Positions 51,658 to 64,000 of a stretch of DNA of 64,000 nt are shown here, piece after piece. Source of the stretch: the human T2T-CHM13v2.0 reference genome, Homo sapiens; assembly GCF_009914755.1 (NCBI RefSeq), contig NC_060933.1; one strand, 5' to 3'. The stretch's first letter is position 1; each line of letters begins with the position of its first letter. Position numbers and translations under genes: made by a program. The notes beneath the pieces are model-generated. The model did no database searches, had not been told where the DNA came from, and was given only the letters and a program-made list of their open reading frames with translations.

Positions 51658-54600
51658 CTGAAAGTAGAACTCAGAGGAAATGGAAAATAGATGAGGGGAG
51701 GGCTTTGCCTGAGACAGCTTTCATCAGTAAAGTACCAAAGTAATTACTGCACCTGACAAATTTCTACTCCTTGTTTTAGCCTAGTTTTAATAAAAGAAAG
51801 ATTCAACAATGGTTTATATTACCTGGCATTGCCTTTAATTTTATCAAGCTCCAGTATGAAGACTCACCACATTTACACTAAAACTGCTTTTTCTCCTGAA
51901 GTTCATTTGTGAAGGCAGCCACTGGGGCTTTAATCATCTTTTCTTCCATCTTTCATTTCTAACACACTGTGATTGATAATGGCTCTCCCAGGACCCCCTG
52001 TGAACCAGGCAAATTCTCCATCATGTCAGACCCAGGTAGTCAGTGGTAGAGAAAGCATTCACTAATTAAGAACAGAAAGGCCATTTCAAATACTCTGGCT
52101 ATAAAGAGTTAGCATTTCACATTCACGGTGGGCTGCATTCAAAGGTAAAGTCCTCTGACCCGATGGACCTGGCTATATTTCACTAAGCTTGGGAACAGTA
52201 GGCAAACCCTTGGCATTTCAAAAGTTCTGTTGAAATCTAAGGTAATGAAATGCTGCTCGTGTCTGAGAGCTCAAAGCCCTTAGAATAACCTTGTCAGTAT
52301 TAAGCAGATCACAGGAGTTCAAATCTCAATCACTAAGGTGCCATTGTCTCAAGGAGCACTTAGGAAAACCTTGAAAATGTTTTATGCCTCCAGGATAACT
52401 CTTTTAGCATTGATGCTACTTAAAAAGTTCATTTCCTATTCTTTTCTCTAAAAACTTATGGCTTATCATTTTTTGGATGATTTTAAAGGAGTCTGGAAAC
52501 TCAGTCTAATTTGTGGGCAAGATGTTTCAAAATCTATATTGCAGAAGTATGAGTCAGTCATTGAATTGTATTTGAAATGTGACTTCTAGGATGTATATGG
52601 CATAAAAATACTCAAATGCACCTCATTACAAAATGCTAGGACATAGTAGAACTGTACCTAATATGTTCTTATAGTGCTGCTTTAAGAATTGTGGCTGATG
52701 GCTGATGTAAGTCTTCTAAACCAGGAACTGGCCAGATCCTAAGGCAATGCCTCAGACCTCTGCTCTAAAAGTATTGGGTTCAGAACTTTGCACACTAAGG
52801 ATAGAAATGACCCCCACTAAATGCTCACCTCCAACCAGGCAAAAAATAATCTCCCTATTCCTGAGGTCTGATAACAAGTGTTTTAGTGAAATACCAAAGA
52901 ATGAGATAGGAGCTAGACACGTCATCTCTAAAAATCCTGCCCAGCAAGAACAGCATGAGCGTGGGATGGCCACAAACTGGAGAATCACCAGAACAAAGAA
53001 CTGTAAGGATGTTAAGACAGAAGAGGCAACAAGGAGTTGCTTTCATGGGACTGATGACCATCCTTTAAACACTCATTGGAGAACTATTTGGATAAGGCCA
53101 AGAAACTCAACAGTTGGTATTCAACATATATACCTGACCAAATACATCTGTCAATTTATGAGTGCCTTGAATTGCCTTTGGTTTCTGCTTGTGAGCATAA
53201 ATAAAAACATATTGGTAAGCAAAAATTTGCTGATTTATTATAGCTCTGTCTTTTTGGAGCACTTTAGTCTCTCTATCTATACACACACTAAATCTTCCCA
53301 GTACTTTCTTGGAACCCTCAGAGATGTCTTGCCTGGGTTTCAAACACAGGTTTCATTTGTTCTTCCACTTTGGCAGCCCCTGGAATATCAGGTGTCAGCA
53401 AAGCTGTCTGAGGATGACTCTGCAACCCGAAAGCTGCTATTGTGCCCTCCTTGAAGAGAGCCACCTCCACTAGCTCTTAGTCTTCCAGGAAACCAAGAGT
53501 GGTTCATGCCCTGAAGATGACAGGACAGTCCTGCATACCCTTTACTCTTGTTTGAGCCATGTTCCATGCAGAAATGCAGAGGTTCTCTCTCTTTCCTTAG
53601 GACACAAAGCTAGTGTCAGGGGCTGAGCTGAGGAGCCAAACCTTCTTGCCACCTCCACCTCTGCATCTCTGCATCCAGGTATTTGAAGCAAAATCATTCC
53701 AGAATCCAAGTGCATTTGTGAAATGCATATATGTAGTGTTGAGCTTGAGATTAAGAAAGTGGATTAAAATTGTCTTCTTAGAGCTTAAATTTTGGGAGAG
53801 ATTACCAGAATGGAAACTCATATAGAGATCAATGGACATGTTTTCAAGGTTAGTGGACAGTCTAACATAAAAAAAACTAGTCTTCAGACAATGTAAAAAT
53901 AAAATAAATTGAGTGCCATGGAACAAGGAGTACAGTAAGGCTTATCAGGGCCACATGTACAACAAACAAGAACATATATGCTTTTGAATCTTATTTTCTT
54001 TCTTTTATAATAATGTAGAAAAATTTGCAAAAGAATGTAAATTTTGAAGTGTTCCTTGAGGCAAATGTACTGTACATTTTCATATTTGAATATTAAATGT
54101 ATTCTATACTTAAATTCTATCCTAGGTAACTGAACACAAGTCCATACCCATGCAAAATGACAGCTGAGAGTAGCTCTCCCAAGACAGACACTAACTCTGG
54201 AGAGTGCCAGCACCCAGCCTTCACCTGGGATTGCCGTGTACTGACTGGCAGGATATTTAGGAGTGAGCAGATAGTGAAGGATGCTGAGGAAGGAGGTGAG
54301 AGTTCTCCCTACTGCCCATGACAGAGAGTGCTCATCAATATGTGGGCTTTTCTACAACAAAAACACCTACCTATTTTCTAAAAGGTACTTAGTGACTGAG
54401 ACAAAACCTAAACATTTCTTCTGACCTAATTACACATATTCATAAACAAATCCCCAAGAAAAAACAGGACCCTCTGTAAAGCAAATTCTCTCTCCCCTCT
54501 CCCCCAGCAAATTTTCTCATCTTCACTTGAAGTGAATGTGGTATTAACAGTTGTATTTTTGTATTGAGAATCTGAGCATAAAGAGACCACAAAAATAAAC

Positions 54601-54679
54601 AAAGTATAGTCCATTAATTCTCAAGAATGGACACCATAAGACTATTGGCCTCTTGGCAGCTTGAATCATTATTTGCAAT

Positions 54680-55091
54680 TATTATACATAATATAATTCT
54701 ATGTATCCATGCCTTTTGCCATGTGACTTAGAATTCTTGCCCTGCTGCAGTTGTGTTGAGCTTGGCCATGCAATTTGCCAATGGGTTGTGGGTGAGAGAT
54801 AGTGAGAGAGTTCAGGGCTGAGGCCTCTGGTGGTGCTATTTGTTTCCATTTGCTCTCTTGCACTCCTGCCATTTGTCATATGAAGGGTAGGCTCTGGAGA
54901 GTTGCTGGTCCAAGGAGGATGAGAAACTCATGGAGCTGACCCAAACCCAACATGTGCCACAGCCTGGGGCCTGGAGCCTGGATCCCAAAGTCTAGCCTCA
55001 CCCAGTCAAAGTGCACAAGACCCATAGACATGTGAGCAAATTTTAAGGTTGCTCAAAATGCAACACTGTTGCAGAAATAGCTGAGCAATAC
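54680..55091 (+). mobile_element. MaLR solo LTR, MLT1I/J-like
   Basis: tttgccatgtgact...gagcttggccatg...ctctcttgcactcctgcc...gctggtccaaggaggatgagaaac...gcagaaatagctgagcaataca. Confidence 0.75.
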
Positions 55092-55906
55092 ATTCCACAC
55101 GCCTGCTCCTGGTATGGACGTATGTATATACACAAGGTTCTTCACTACAAGTGGTTGAGTTCATAGAGTATAACTGCAATCTATTGATGATCTACCTAAA
55201 ACAGTCTAGAAGCATCTTTCTAAATTTATGCAGCAGTGGGCAACATCTATCTTCTTTAATTCTATAGCACAAACTTGCAAAGTAGTACAGAAATTTCCCA
55301 CATAATTGTCTGTTTCCCCTTTGTGCCAGGATACAAATTTTCTTCATCTCTCTCTTACTAGCTGATCATGAGATTACATGATCACTTAGCACTTCAATTC
55401 TTCAAAGGGAGCAATTTCAATTACATGGAAGCCTCCCAACATTGTCATTAAGAAGGAAACGTAGTAGGCGGCAAAATCCCAGGCTAGACACGCATATGGG
55501 AGAACTAATGATTACCTTCAAAGTCCACATTTCCTTAATTATAGCATCATGTTCAGTAAAGTTAAGGCTTTGTCAGTCGTTTGCTAGAATCTCTGCGCTT
55601 GAAAGGTTTATGCATTTATGGGGGATGGGAATCTGTATTATTTGAAATTGATATGTTGTACAAGGGGAGGTTACCATCAAAATAGAATGAAATAGATTAC
55701 ACTGCAGTCTTCTTTTTTCAAATAACACATTCTTTTGAAAGAGAGAAAATAAATAGAAGAGCAAATCATCTCTTTCATTACACATTTCTAAATCCTGCAC
55801 TCTTATGGAACCCAAGCGGAATTCACTCTACAAAGTGTACATTCAAACATGAAGCAGCTTGATTGCTAACCCTGACAATTGCATAGATTAGTAACAACTC
55901 TCCACC

Positions 55907-55926
55907 AAAAAAAAAAAAAAAAAAAA
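55907..55926 (+). repeat. Poly(A) tract
   Basis: About 20 A. Confidence 0.9.
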
Positions 55927-56384
55927 TGATCAAACTCAATGATGTTCCAAAACAATGTCTAATTTTTTTCAGGGCCCAGATAAGATAAAATAGATAATTT
56001 CAGCAAGTGTTTCTTGAGCTAGATGTGACAAGCTATGCCCTTAAATGGAAAGACAGACACTTCTGTGATTATTTTTTTTTCTCTGAAGGATAAAATAAAT
56101 ATAATCTAATCTTTTACAAACTACTGTATTAAGCTGGGTTCAGTAGCTCTATAACAGAAAGGACTGATGCCTGGGACTGAGGGATGGGAGGAGAGTAGGG
56201 GTGAAAAAAGAGAGGAAATACATCCTACCGAGAATGAGGACATGAAAAAATTATTCAGTCTTTTTGTTGGTTCCAGGTGACCCTGTCACTCAAATGGTCT
56301 ATATTTTCCTTCTGTGTTTGTGAACAGAGTAGGAAATGGGAGTAATATTTGCCAGGGAAACGATTCTAGCTAAAGCAATATTGG

Positions 56385-56655
56385 ACAGTGCAGTTCAATG
56401 GAAAAGGATATCAGACTGGGGCAGAGACATCTTGGTTCTCATCCTAGTTTCACCCTTAATTTTCCCTGGAGCTTTGGATATGTCAGAACTTTTAGAGTGA
56501 CCGAGGTTATTAGAATGACCGAGGTTCAAACCAGCTTCTGGGTCTCCATTTTATCACCTGTGAAATGAATAACACCTAAACTACCTACTTCCACTGGGTA
56601 TAGATAACCAGTACTAAAAAGACATGTAAGACAATGCTATGTAAACAATATTATT
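56385..56655 (+). mobile_element. MIR SINE
   Basis: caatggaaaagga...agacatcttggttctcatcctag...ggtctccattttatcacctgtgaaatg. Confidence 0.65.
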
Positions 56656-58404
56656 CTTTCCACATCTCTATTTGTATTTATGATTTGATCATATATTTTA
56701 TTAATATGGCAGGTAATACTGGCCACAAGGTGAATGAGTTACTCTAAATGGCTCTAACTAATGCTTACCAGAAACCATTTTTCAAAAACAGATGCCAAAC
56801 GAGTTTTACAATCTGCCTCAATTTAGCTTTCTGGAGTCATTCTCCCAAACCATGGTAACAAATGGTTGTCATACCTCAACTATTTACTTTCTATATTGAT
56901 TCATGCTAGTTTCCCTGCCTAAATCCCTTCCCCATCATAGTCCCTGACAAAAGGTCTTTGGAGGGTATCCTTTCTCATGACACACACTTCTTGAATGCTT
57001 CCTTATGTTTTATGTTCCCGTTGCTCCCCAAATCCTCTCTCAGCTTCTCCTGCAGTGTCCTCTTTAAGTCTTCCCTATGAATGTCACCAACTGTCTATCA
57101 GGACACACCAAACTAACCCCCACCCTGCCACCCACCCACCCACAGAATGACAGAGGTTCAGACCAGCTCATTCCATGTCCCCTATACACGAGTGCCTTTG
57201 GCTTCACCTGGTACCAACGGAGGCTTCTATAGACTCAGTCTGGGGAGAAAGAGTGGATTCTACTTGGGAGGAAGAGTGCGATTTAATTCCACTCACCTCC
57301 CTCCAACAGCTTTACTGGAAGGGGTGAAGGGGTGGGTGCAGGTGGTGGCAGTTCTTTCTAAGAAACCCAGAGGCAAACATAGCTGGTCTCCATCCTAAGT
57401 CATCTTCTGGAGACCACTTGGCCTGGTGTATCTGAGGACTGGTCTCCCTACCCACACCCAATCCAGGGAGCAATTCACAGGACTGATCTTGTAAACCCAA
57501 CTTCAACCCAACACCCGATGATAACTCCTCCTGACCATATTATTCTGAAGGTTCTCTTGCTGTCTTTCTGGGTCAGCTTTTATTTGACAGGAATCAGTAT
57601 AAAATCCTGGAGACAGCTAAGATGATGACTGGTGCAAAGTTTATGCCATCTCTCTGATTACCAGGTTTCTGGCCTGGTTGAGGGAGTGGGGGATTCATTT
57701 CATCCCACCAACAAGGAATCATTTTACTGCAAAGGGGTGTGTTTCATAGGAAGCACAAGACCACAATGAATTGCACATATAAATAAAGTTTCCCAAAGAA
57801 AGAGGAAAGAAAGAGGAAAAATACCTGCTTGTGAATTCTAACAAGAGCACTTGATGAATTGAGAGTCCCAGTAGGTTCATCAAGGGTGTGAGTGTCTCAG
57901 AAGAGTCTGGATAATGTGATTCACCTTATCTGACTCTTTCCCATCGAATTAATGGAGGATTTAATTTACATTGTGAATATGTAATCGAAATATTCTTATT
58001 CACAGAATGATCCAATAAAAATAAATTCATTGCTACATCATTCAAATCTGAGATAGACAACTCTAAACCTTTTTATAGACCTTGTGCCCATCATCATAGG
58101 AACAAAGAAGGCAAAAAGAGTATTTCTGTATCTTTCTCAGAGAATGGAAACAGATGGTTTACGCACAGGCATTCCATAAGTACTACCGTCATCTCAGATA
58201 TGTAAATGTAGGCTCAATGGTGAAGGGGTTAATTATCTCTTTACTATCCCTGTTACATACTTACTTTGCCTTTCTAACTTTGTCATTTTGTCTTTCTTTT
58301 TTTTCTACTACAAAAATTCAATCTTTGGATTCCCAAAATACAAGAATCTGTGAGGCACCGGCAAGTGTCCTGGACTTTCAGGACTTGTTTTTAATGCTTT
58401 AGAA

Positions 58405-58620
58405 TATAATCCATCTGAGATAAAACTCTCCAATCCGGACTTGATTGTTAACCACTTCCAACATGTGACCCTGGGCACATCACTTACCCTCTTGCTGCTG
58501 TGTTTCTTCATCTGGAAAATGAAGGCACCATAATAAGGGCTCCCTGCCTCGTAGGGCTGTAAGGAAAGGTCATGATTAATTCATTTCTCAGATGCAAAAC
58601 CAGAATTATACAGCACAGTA
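58405..58620 (+). mobile_element. MIR SINE
   Basis: tgtgaccctgggcacatcacttaccc...tgtttcttcatctggaaaatgaagg. Confidence 0.75.
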
Positions 58621-58759
58621 ATAAAATAGAAGCAATGAAAACATAGATATTTTAGGATTCTTAAACTACTGAGATTTATTTATTTATTTAGCTTTCAAAT
58701 GCAATGGAAGACATATTTCAAAACTTGGGTATTACTAAACTTTAAACTGGAAGGCAGAT

Positions 58760-58925
58760 ACTCATGGAGAGAGCGTAGGGTTCAGCATCCTATAAGTCTT
58801 GACCTCACTATTGCCTTCTCCTCACCAGTTGACTGCATGAGCTTGGGAAAGACATTAACCCCGCCAGTCTTTCATTTTCCCCATGCTCAAAATGATGAGT
58901 TGGATTTGCTGTCTCCAAGTTCCCT
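58760..58925 (+). mobile_element. MIR/MIR3 fragment
   Basis: gactgcatgagcttgggaaagacattaacc...aaaatgatgagttggat. Confidence 0.55.
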
Positions 58926-59265
58926 GCCATGCCAGCAGCTCACAAATTTCTATTGTGGTGAAATGTCTTCTCCTTTCTTCCATAAACATCAGTAGACATT
59001 GCTTCATTTTACCTTATAGCTTATATTTCAGTGGCCATGTATGCAATGATAGACCAGAATTATTTCTATGTTTACCAACTTGGGACCCTTTTTGAAATAA
59101 AATATTTTGTTTTTCACATTATACAATAAACTCCAAAATAAAATTATATGAAAATATTTTTAGAAAGGGGGCAGTAACCCATTATTTTACTTCTTTTTTG
59201 ACAAAAATTTGGTAGTTTCCTTCACAGTTTTATGAGAATGCAAATTAATATATATTATTTTACCA

Positions 59266-59352
59266 ATGCAATGTGAAATGAGCACATCATGGGGAATGGG
59301 GCCTTCATCCCCTCAAGCATTTATCCTTTGGGTTACAAACAATCCGATTACA
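59266..59352 (-). mobile_element. 87-bp L1MA segment, inverted copy of 60415-60501
   Basis: Reverse complement matches 60415-60501 at 85 of 87 positions (compared by eye). Confidence 0.92.
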
Positions 59353-59362
59353 GTATATATAC

Positions 59363-59727
59363 TGTATTAGTCTGTTCTCATGCTCCTAATAAAGATATAC
59401 TTGAGACTGGATAATTTATAAAGGAAAGAGGTTTAATTGACTCACAGTTCCACATTGCTGCAGAGGCCTCACATTCACGGTGGAAGGCGAAAGAGGAGCA
59501 AAGTCACATCTTACATGGTGACAGGCAAGACAGCATGTGCTGGGGAACTGCCCTTTATAAAACTATCCGATCTTGTGAGACCCATTAGCCATCACGAGAA
59601 CACCACAGGCAAGAAACGCCTCCATGATTCAATCACCTCCCACTGGCATCCCTCCCACAACATATGGAAATCATGGGAGCTACAATTCAAGATGAGATTT
59701 GGGTGGGGACACAGCTAAAGCATATCA
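59363..59727 (-). mobile_element. THE1 solo LTR (THE1B/C-like)
   Basis: tgtattagtctgttctcatgctcctaataaag...ggggacacagctaaagcatatca; TSD tatac/catac. Confidence 0.95.
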
Positions 59728-59905
59728 CATACCTATTATGAGACTGTCTTTGTTTTTAGAAATCCTTCTTAGCCAGCAAGCACAGATCTATTTTATTCAT
59801 TTTTAGCAGCTGTATTATATTCCACTATGAGCCTCTACCAAAATATGGGCATCCTTTTGATACATTTTTGTGTCTAATTTTTCTCAATCAAAAATGTTCT
59901 GTTCA

Positions 59906-60220
<315 letters not shown>

Positions 60221-60221
60221 T

Positions 60222-60592
60222 TAGATCATGGACATAGAGGGTAGAAGGGTGGTTACCAGAGGCTGGGAAGGGTAGTGGGGATCTGGAGAGGAGGTGGGGA
60301 TGGCTAATGGATACAATAAAATAGTTAGAAAGAATGAATAAGACCTACTATTTGATCACATAACAGGGTGACTATAGTCAATAATAACTTAATTATACAT
60401 TTTGAAATAAAGAGTGTAATCGGATTGTATGTAACCCAAAGGATAAATGCTTGAGGGGATGAAGGCCCCATTCCCCATGATGTGCTCATTTCATATTGCA
60501 TGTCTCATGCAATGTATGCCATAAATTATCTCATGTACCCCATAAATATATACACCTACTAAGTACGCACAAATTTTTTTTAATTAAAAAAT
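60222..60592 (+). mobile_element. L1MA (MA2/3-like) 3' end
   Basis: ggttaccagaggctgggaagggtagt...gttagaaagaatgaataagacctactatttgat...ggataaatgcttgagggg...catgtaccccataaatatatacacctact. Confidence 0.92.
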
Positions 60593-60609
60593 CATTAGAA
60601 AAAATTATT

Positions 60610-60902
60610 GGCTGGGCACAGTGGCTCACACCTGTAATCTCAGCACTTTGGGAGCCCGAGGCAGATGGATCACGAGGTCAGGAGATCGAGACCATCCTGG
60701 CTAACACAGTGAAACCCCATCTCTACTAAAAAAATACAAAAATTAGCTGGGCCTGGTGACAGGTGCCTGTAGTCCCAGCTACTTGGGAGGCTGAAGCAGG
60801 AGAATCGCTTGAACCCAGGAGGCAGAGCTTGCCAAGATCGCGCCACTGCAGTCCAGCCTGGGTGACAGAAGCGAGACTCCGTCTCACAAAGAAAAAAAAA
60901 AA
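60610..60902 (+). mobile_element. AluSc/AluY-like SINE
   Basis: gatcacgaggtcaggagatcgagaccatcctggctaacac; A tail; flanking aaaaattat. Confidence 0.95.
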
Positions 60903-62874
60903 TTATATCTGTTTAGAATATGCTTATACCTACATCTTTACACATGTAAATGACCATTGCAGAATAATTAACTCAAAATAGTAGCTTGAAATCATATTTT
61001 GGGATGTGTTTCAGTTTTTAATAAGCCTACATGTCAGTATACACAACTTATTCAAATATGGCCCAACACCCCATCCTATAAGGCAAATGAAGAATGTACA
61101 AAACATAAGTTATTGTAGATGATAAAAACTTAATTAGCAATTTGCCTCAAAAAGATTATATCTTTTTAAAAATGTCTGCCTCCATTGTTTGCTATAAATA
61201 TTCATTCAAATACATAAAATATACTAAGCAGCATTTTGTCTGCATCCCATCAAGCAAATTCATTGAGGCGTAAGGGCTATATAAGCAGTGGAGCGGAAGA
61301 CCATGCTATTACATGGATAAATGCTCCAGAGTTACTGAAGCAAGACAGAAACAATTGCAGGAACATGGGGTTCAGAATACACTGAGGCAACCATGTTTGT
61401 GGGCAGGGGAAAAGGAAGGGGATTGCTCATAAATAGGAAAACCAGGGATCCCGTGATATTCCATAAAATTAAGTTCAAGTGTTTAGTTTGATTCAGATAA
61501 ATCATTCCTGTTATGCCATCTGCCTATCAGATATTTTATATTCATCAGGAAGCCATGACCATTTAACAGACGTATATAATGGAAAGCTTTATAGGATGAT
61601 TTTCTTTTAATCACCCAAAGGTCTAATAGGGTGGTTGGCCTGCTTCCCTAATAAAATTTAAATAGCTTTTGCCTCAGGTCAAAGTGAAGTCGTCTGTCCT
61701 AAGAGGAGTTCATCTGTGACATGCATAATAGCTGCCCAGTCTCAAGAGGCCATTTGAGATTACTGCTTCTGTCGGGAAAATAAATAATCACAACACCACC
61801 ACCCCCCCCACACACACACACCCCACAGGCATTGCAAGCAGCAGTTCACTAACCAAAACAAATTGCAGCCTGTAGTCTTGTCTTTGCCCTACTAAGGCTC
61901 CAGAGAGCAATACAACCTCCTTGTATGTCCCCCTGGCTTGGCACACCTGATTCTTCCGTTTCCCACTACAGAGGCAGACTTGCCCTGTGGATGAGACCCC
62001 AGCCAGACTCCAGCATCTCAGGGACTCTGCAGGCTCCGTTCTTAGCTCTCAAGCCCTCAGGCTGTGGCCTTAAATCTCTAGTGTGGTTCTGTGGCTTCCC
62101 TCCCATTTTCTACCACTCTGCAGCTTCATCCAATCTTCTGTTGTATTTTCTGTTTGGCTTTTAGTGGTGGCTTCGACCTTAAATTCTGACTTGGGAATCA
62201 CCCCTCAGGCCCATTCTCCAATGCTGAGCCCAGATCCCAGGTCCCAAGGCCCTTATCTGGAAGGAAATTGGGCCTACCAGGTGATGAGCATCTAACTGGC
62301 TAATCACATAATAGAAGTGTGTATACACACATACACACAAGTTAATACATGTTTCCAACTATTTATGGTTGAGCCTCCCCAGTTACTTTTACAAGTAAAG
62401 CTCAAAAGATTTCCCCTGGACTTGCCTCCTCTGCCTCCACATCTTGGATCCATTTTCTCATCGTGAGTATCTTTCTATCCTTGTGGCATTAAAGTTTAAT
62501 GGCTAAGGCTACTCTAGTATGTTTGAGTTCAAGTCCGGCATGAAAAAGTCTCTGTGTCTGTTCCTAAATTCCAAGGAACACATTTGATTGTATTTTACTG
62601 TCTTTAAATCTATCTCATGACATAATCTGAACCAATAGTTGTGGGCAGAAAATTTTTAAACATTGATACCTCCAAATTTCACCTGAAGCACATAGATTTT
62701 AAGGATTGGAGAGAATCTCCAAGGAAACCCTAGATGTGTTGCTGGAAGAAGAGAGAATAACTGATAAATTGCTTTATATTTTTGTGCCAGTTATTTAGAT
62801 TAAGAAGTAGTTTCGATCCAACAGTTCCTAAACCCTCACAAAATCAGATAGTGAGCCTTAGCAATCATCTAGCT

Positions 62875-62998
62875 CCTGGCTATTCAAAATGTTCCTCATG
62901 GACTAGCCACAATATCATCACCAGGAAGCTTGTTAGAACTGCAGCATCTCAGAAACCCTGGACCTATTGAATCAGAATCTGCATTTTACCAAGGTATC
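62875..62998. mobile_element. MER5A hAT element, partial
   Basis: atcaccaggaagcttgttagaactgcagcatctcag...gacctattgaatcagaatctgcatttt. Confidence 0.85.
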
Positions 62999-63054
62999 CA
63001 ATTTATACAGTAAAGTTGAAAGTTAATGATCCAGACTTAAATCTCAACATACAG

Positions 63055-63150
63055 CTCTGGAAACTGGGGTGAAGCTAATGAACAGTCTTGCTCAAAGTCA
63101 TACAACTATTAAGTGGTAGAACTGGCACCAGAAATAGAATCCAGGTCTCT
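63055..63150 (-). mobile_element. MIR fragment
   Basis: ggaaactgggg...cttgctcaaagtcatacaactattaagtggtagaactgg...ccaggtct. Confidence 0.7.
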
Positions 63151-63284
63151 TGTCCTTTAGAGGTGGTTTCACTTCAAGTTGACATTACTTTGCATGGTGA
63201 ACTCTTTTTCTTTCAATTATAATGTTTTTAATTATGTTTTTGTTATCAAGACATGCAAATCAGGGTATAAATCATTATGCATTT

Positions 63285-63522
63285 TGCATAGTGGTTCAGA
63301 AATACAATCAAAGAGGCCTGAATTTGGGTCTCAGCTCTAGCATTTGCTACCTCACAAATGTGGGAATGTTATTTGACCTCTGAAAATACAGTTCCCTCAT
63401 GCACCTGCCTCAAAGATTACTCTAAGAATTGAAAGAGACAAGGCATCTATGCATATTACATATGTTTGAAACTTCATTAGCATCGGAGCCCATAAAGCTC
63501 AAAAACATTATTGTTATTATTT
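63285..63522 (+). mobile_element. MIR SINE
   Basis: gcatagtggtt...ggcctgaatttgggtctcagctctagcatttgcta...tatttgacctctg...cagttccctcat. Confidence 0.75.
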
Positions 63523-64000
63523 TCCATAGGATAACATTTTTCATCATTTCATTTTTCTTCATCCATATCTTTTTAGGGGTCAGCAATACAAAATAGGTAA
63601 AACTGATTACCTCCCATCAAGGAGAGTATACTCTGTCAGAGGAGATAGAGGAGCTACAAATTGAGCTGTGACAAACCCAAAGCCAACAGCATGAACATAG
63701 CACCTCCAAAGCACAGAGAGGAAGCAATTAATTTTGTCTAGAAAAGGAGAATAAGACTTCACAGGAAAAATTACAAGAGCCTGCCCCTTGATGTGAGCCT
63801 GGGAGTTCTTCAAGGTATTCCATTAAATTTAGTTTTTGAGAAATTAACAAGCCATTTGGTATTAACAGTTGGGAGCATTAAAAAGTTAATAAGATTGTCT
63901 CTCCATCAGGATCATAGAATCCTAAAATGTGGAGCTGAAAGTGATTTATGATGGAGGCTGAGATGTCTGCCTAATATTTCCCCACTCCCTTGCAGTGAAG

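Noticed and set aside
56493-56527. 18-bp imperfect tandem duplication (tagaRtgaccgaggtt) in a MIR
   Set aside because: Ordinary small slippage duplication; two copies only, not a CRISPR-like or regulatory array
57297-57314. 18-nt minus-strand exon-like motif (ccccttccag|TAAAGCTGTTGGAGGGAG|gtgagt)
   Set aside because: C-rich rather than U-rich tract, in sequence that may be an old unrecognised LTR; shows that such motifs arise by chance

Overview
Primate (simian, probably human) genomic DNA. It carries AluS/AluY SINEs, L1PA/L1M and L2 LINEs, many MIRs, MaLR/ERVL LTRs (including one near-full-length THE1 provirus with its GACAG target-site duplication) and hAT/mariner DNA-transposon relics. 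I found no recognisable protein-coding sequence, RNA gene or CpG island, so this is intronic or intergenic sequence; I cannot name the locus. The supplied ORFs are almost all Alu/L1/THE1-derived or chance. Items worth a second look: (1) several very short minus-strand exon candidates with strong splice sites in unique sequence, notably 23 nt at 12896-12918 and 19 nt at 6742-6760, which join in frame; (2) local templated rearrangements, namely an 87-bp near-identical inverted copy of an old L1MA segment, a duplicated LTR/internal junction with a hairpin spacer in THE1, a perfect 54-bp tandem duplication and a duplicated MER33; (3) unusual retrotransposition products, namely a twin-primed L1, a possible 3' transduction, a left-arm-only Alu with TSDs and a double-headed Alu; (4) repeat-poor blocks rich in homeodomain motifs that look like enhancers; (5) an unusually long 235-codon ORF in unique sequence. 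Repeat subfamily names come from recalled consensus sequences, and boundaries of old repeats are approximate. The sequence alone does not establish a new biological system.
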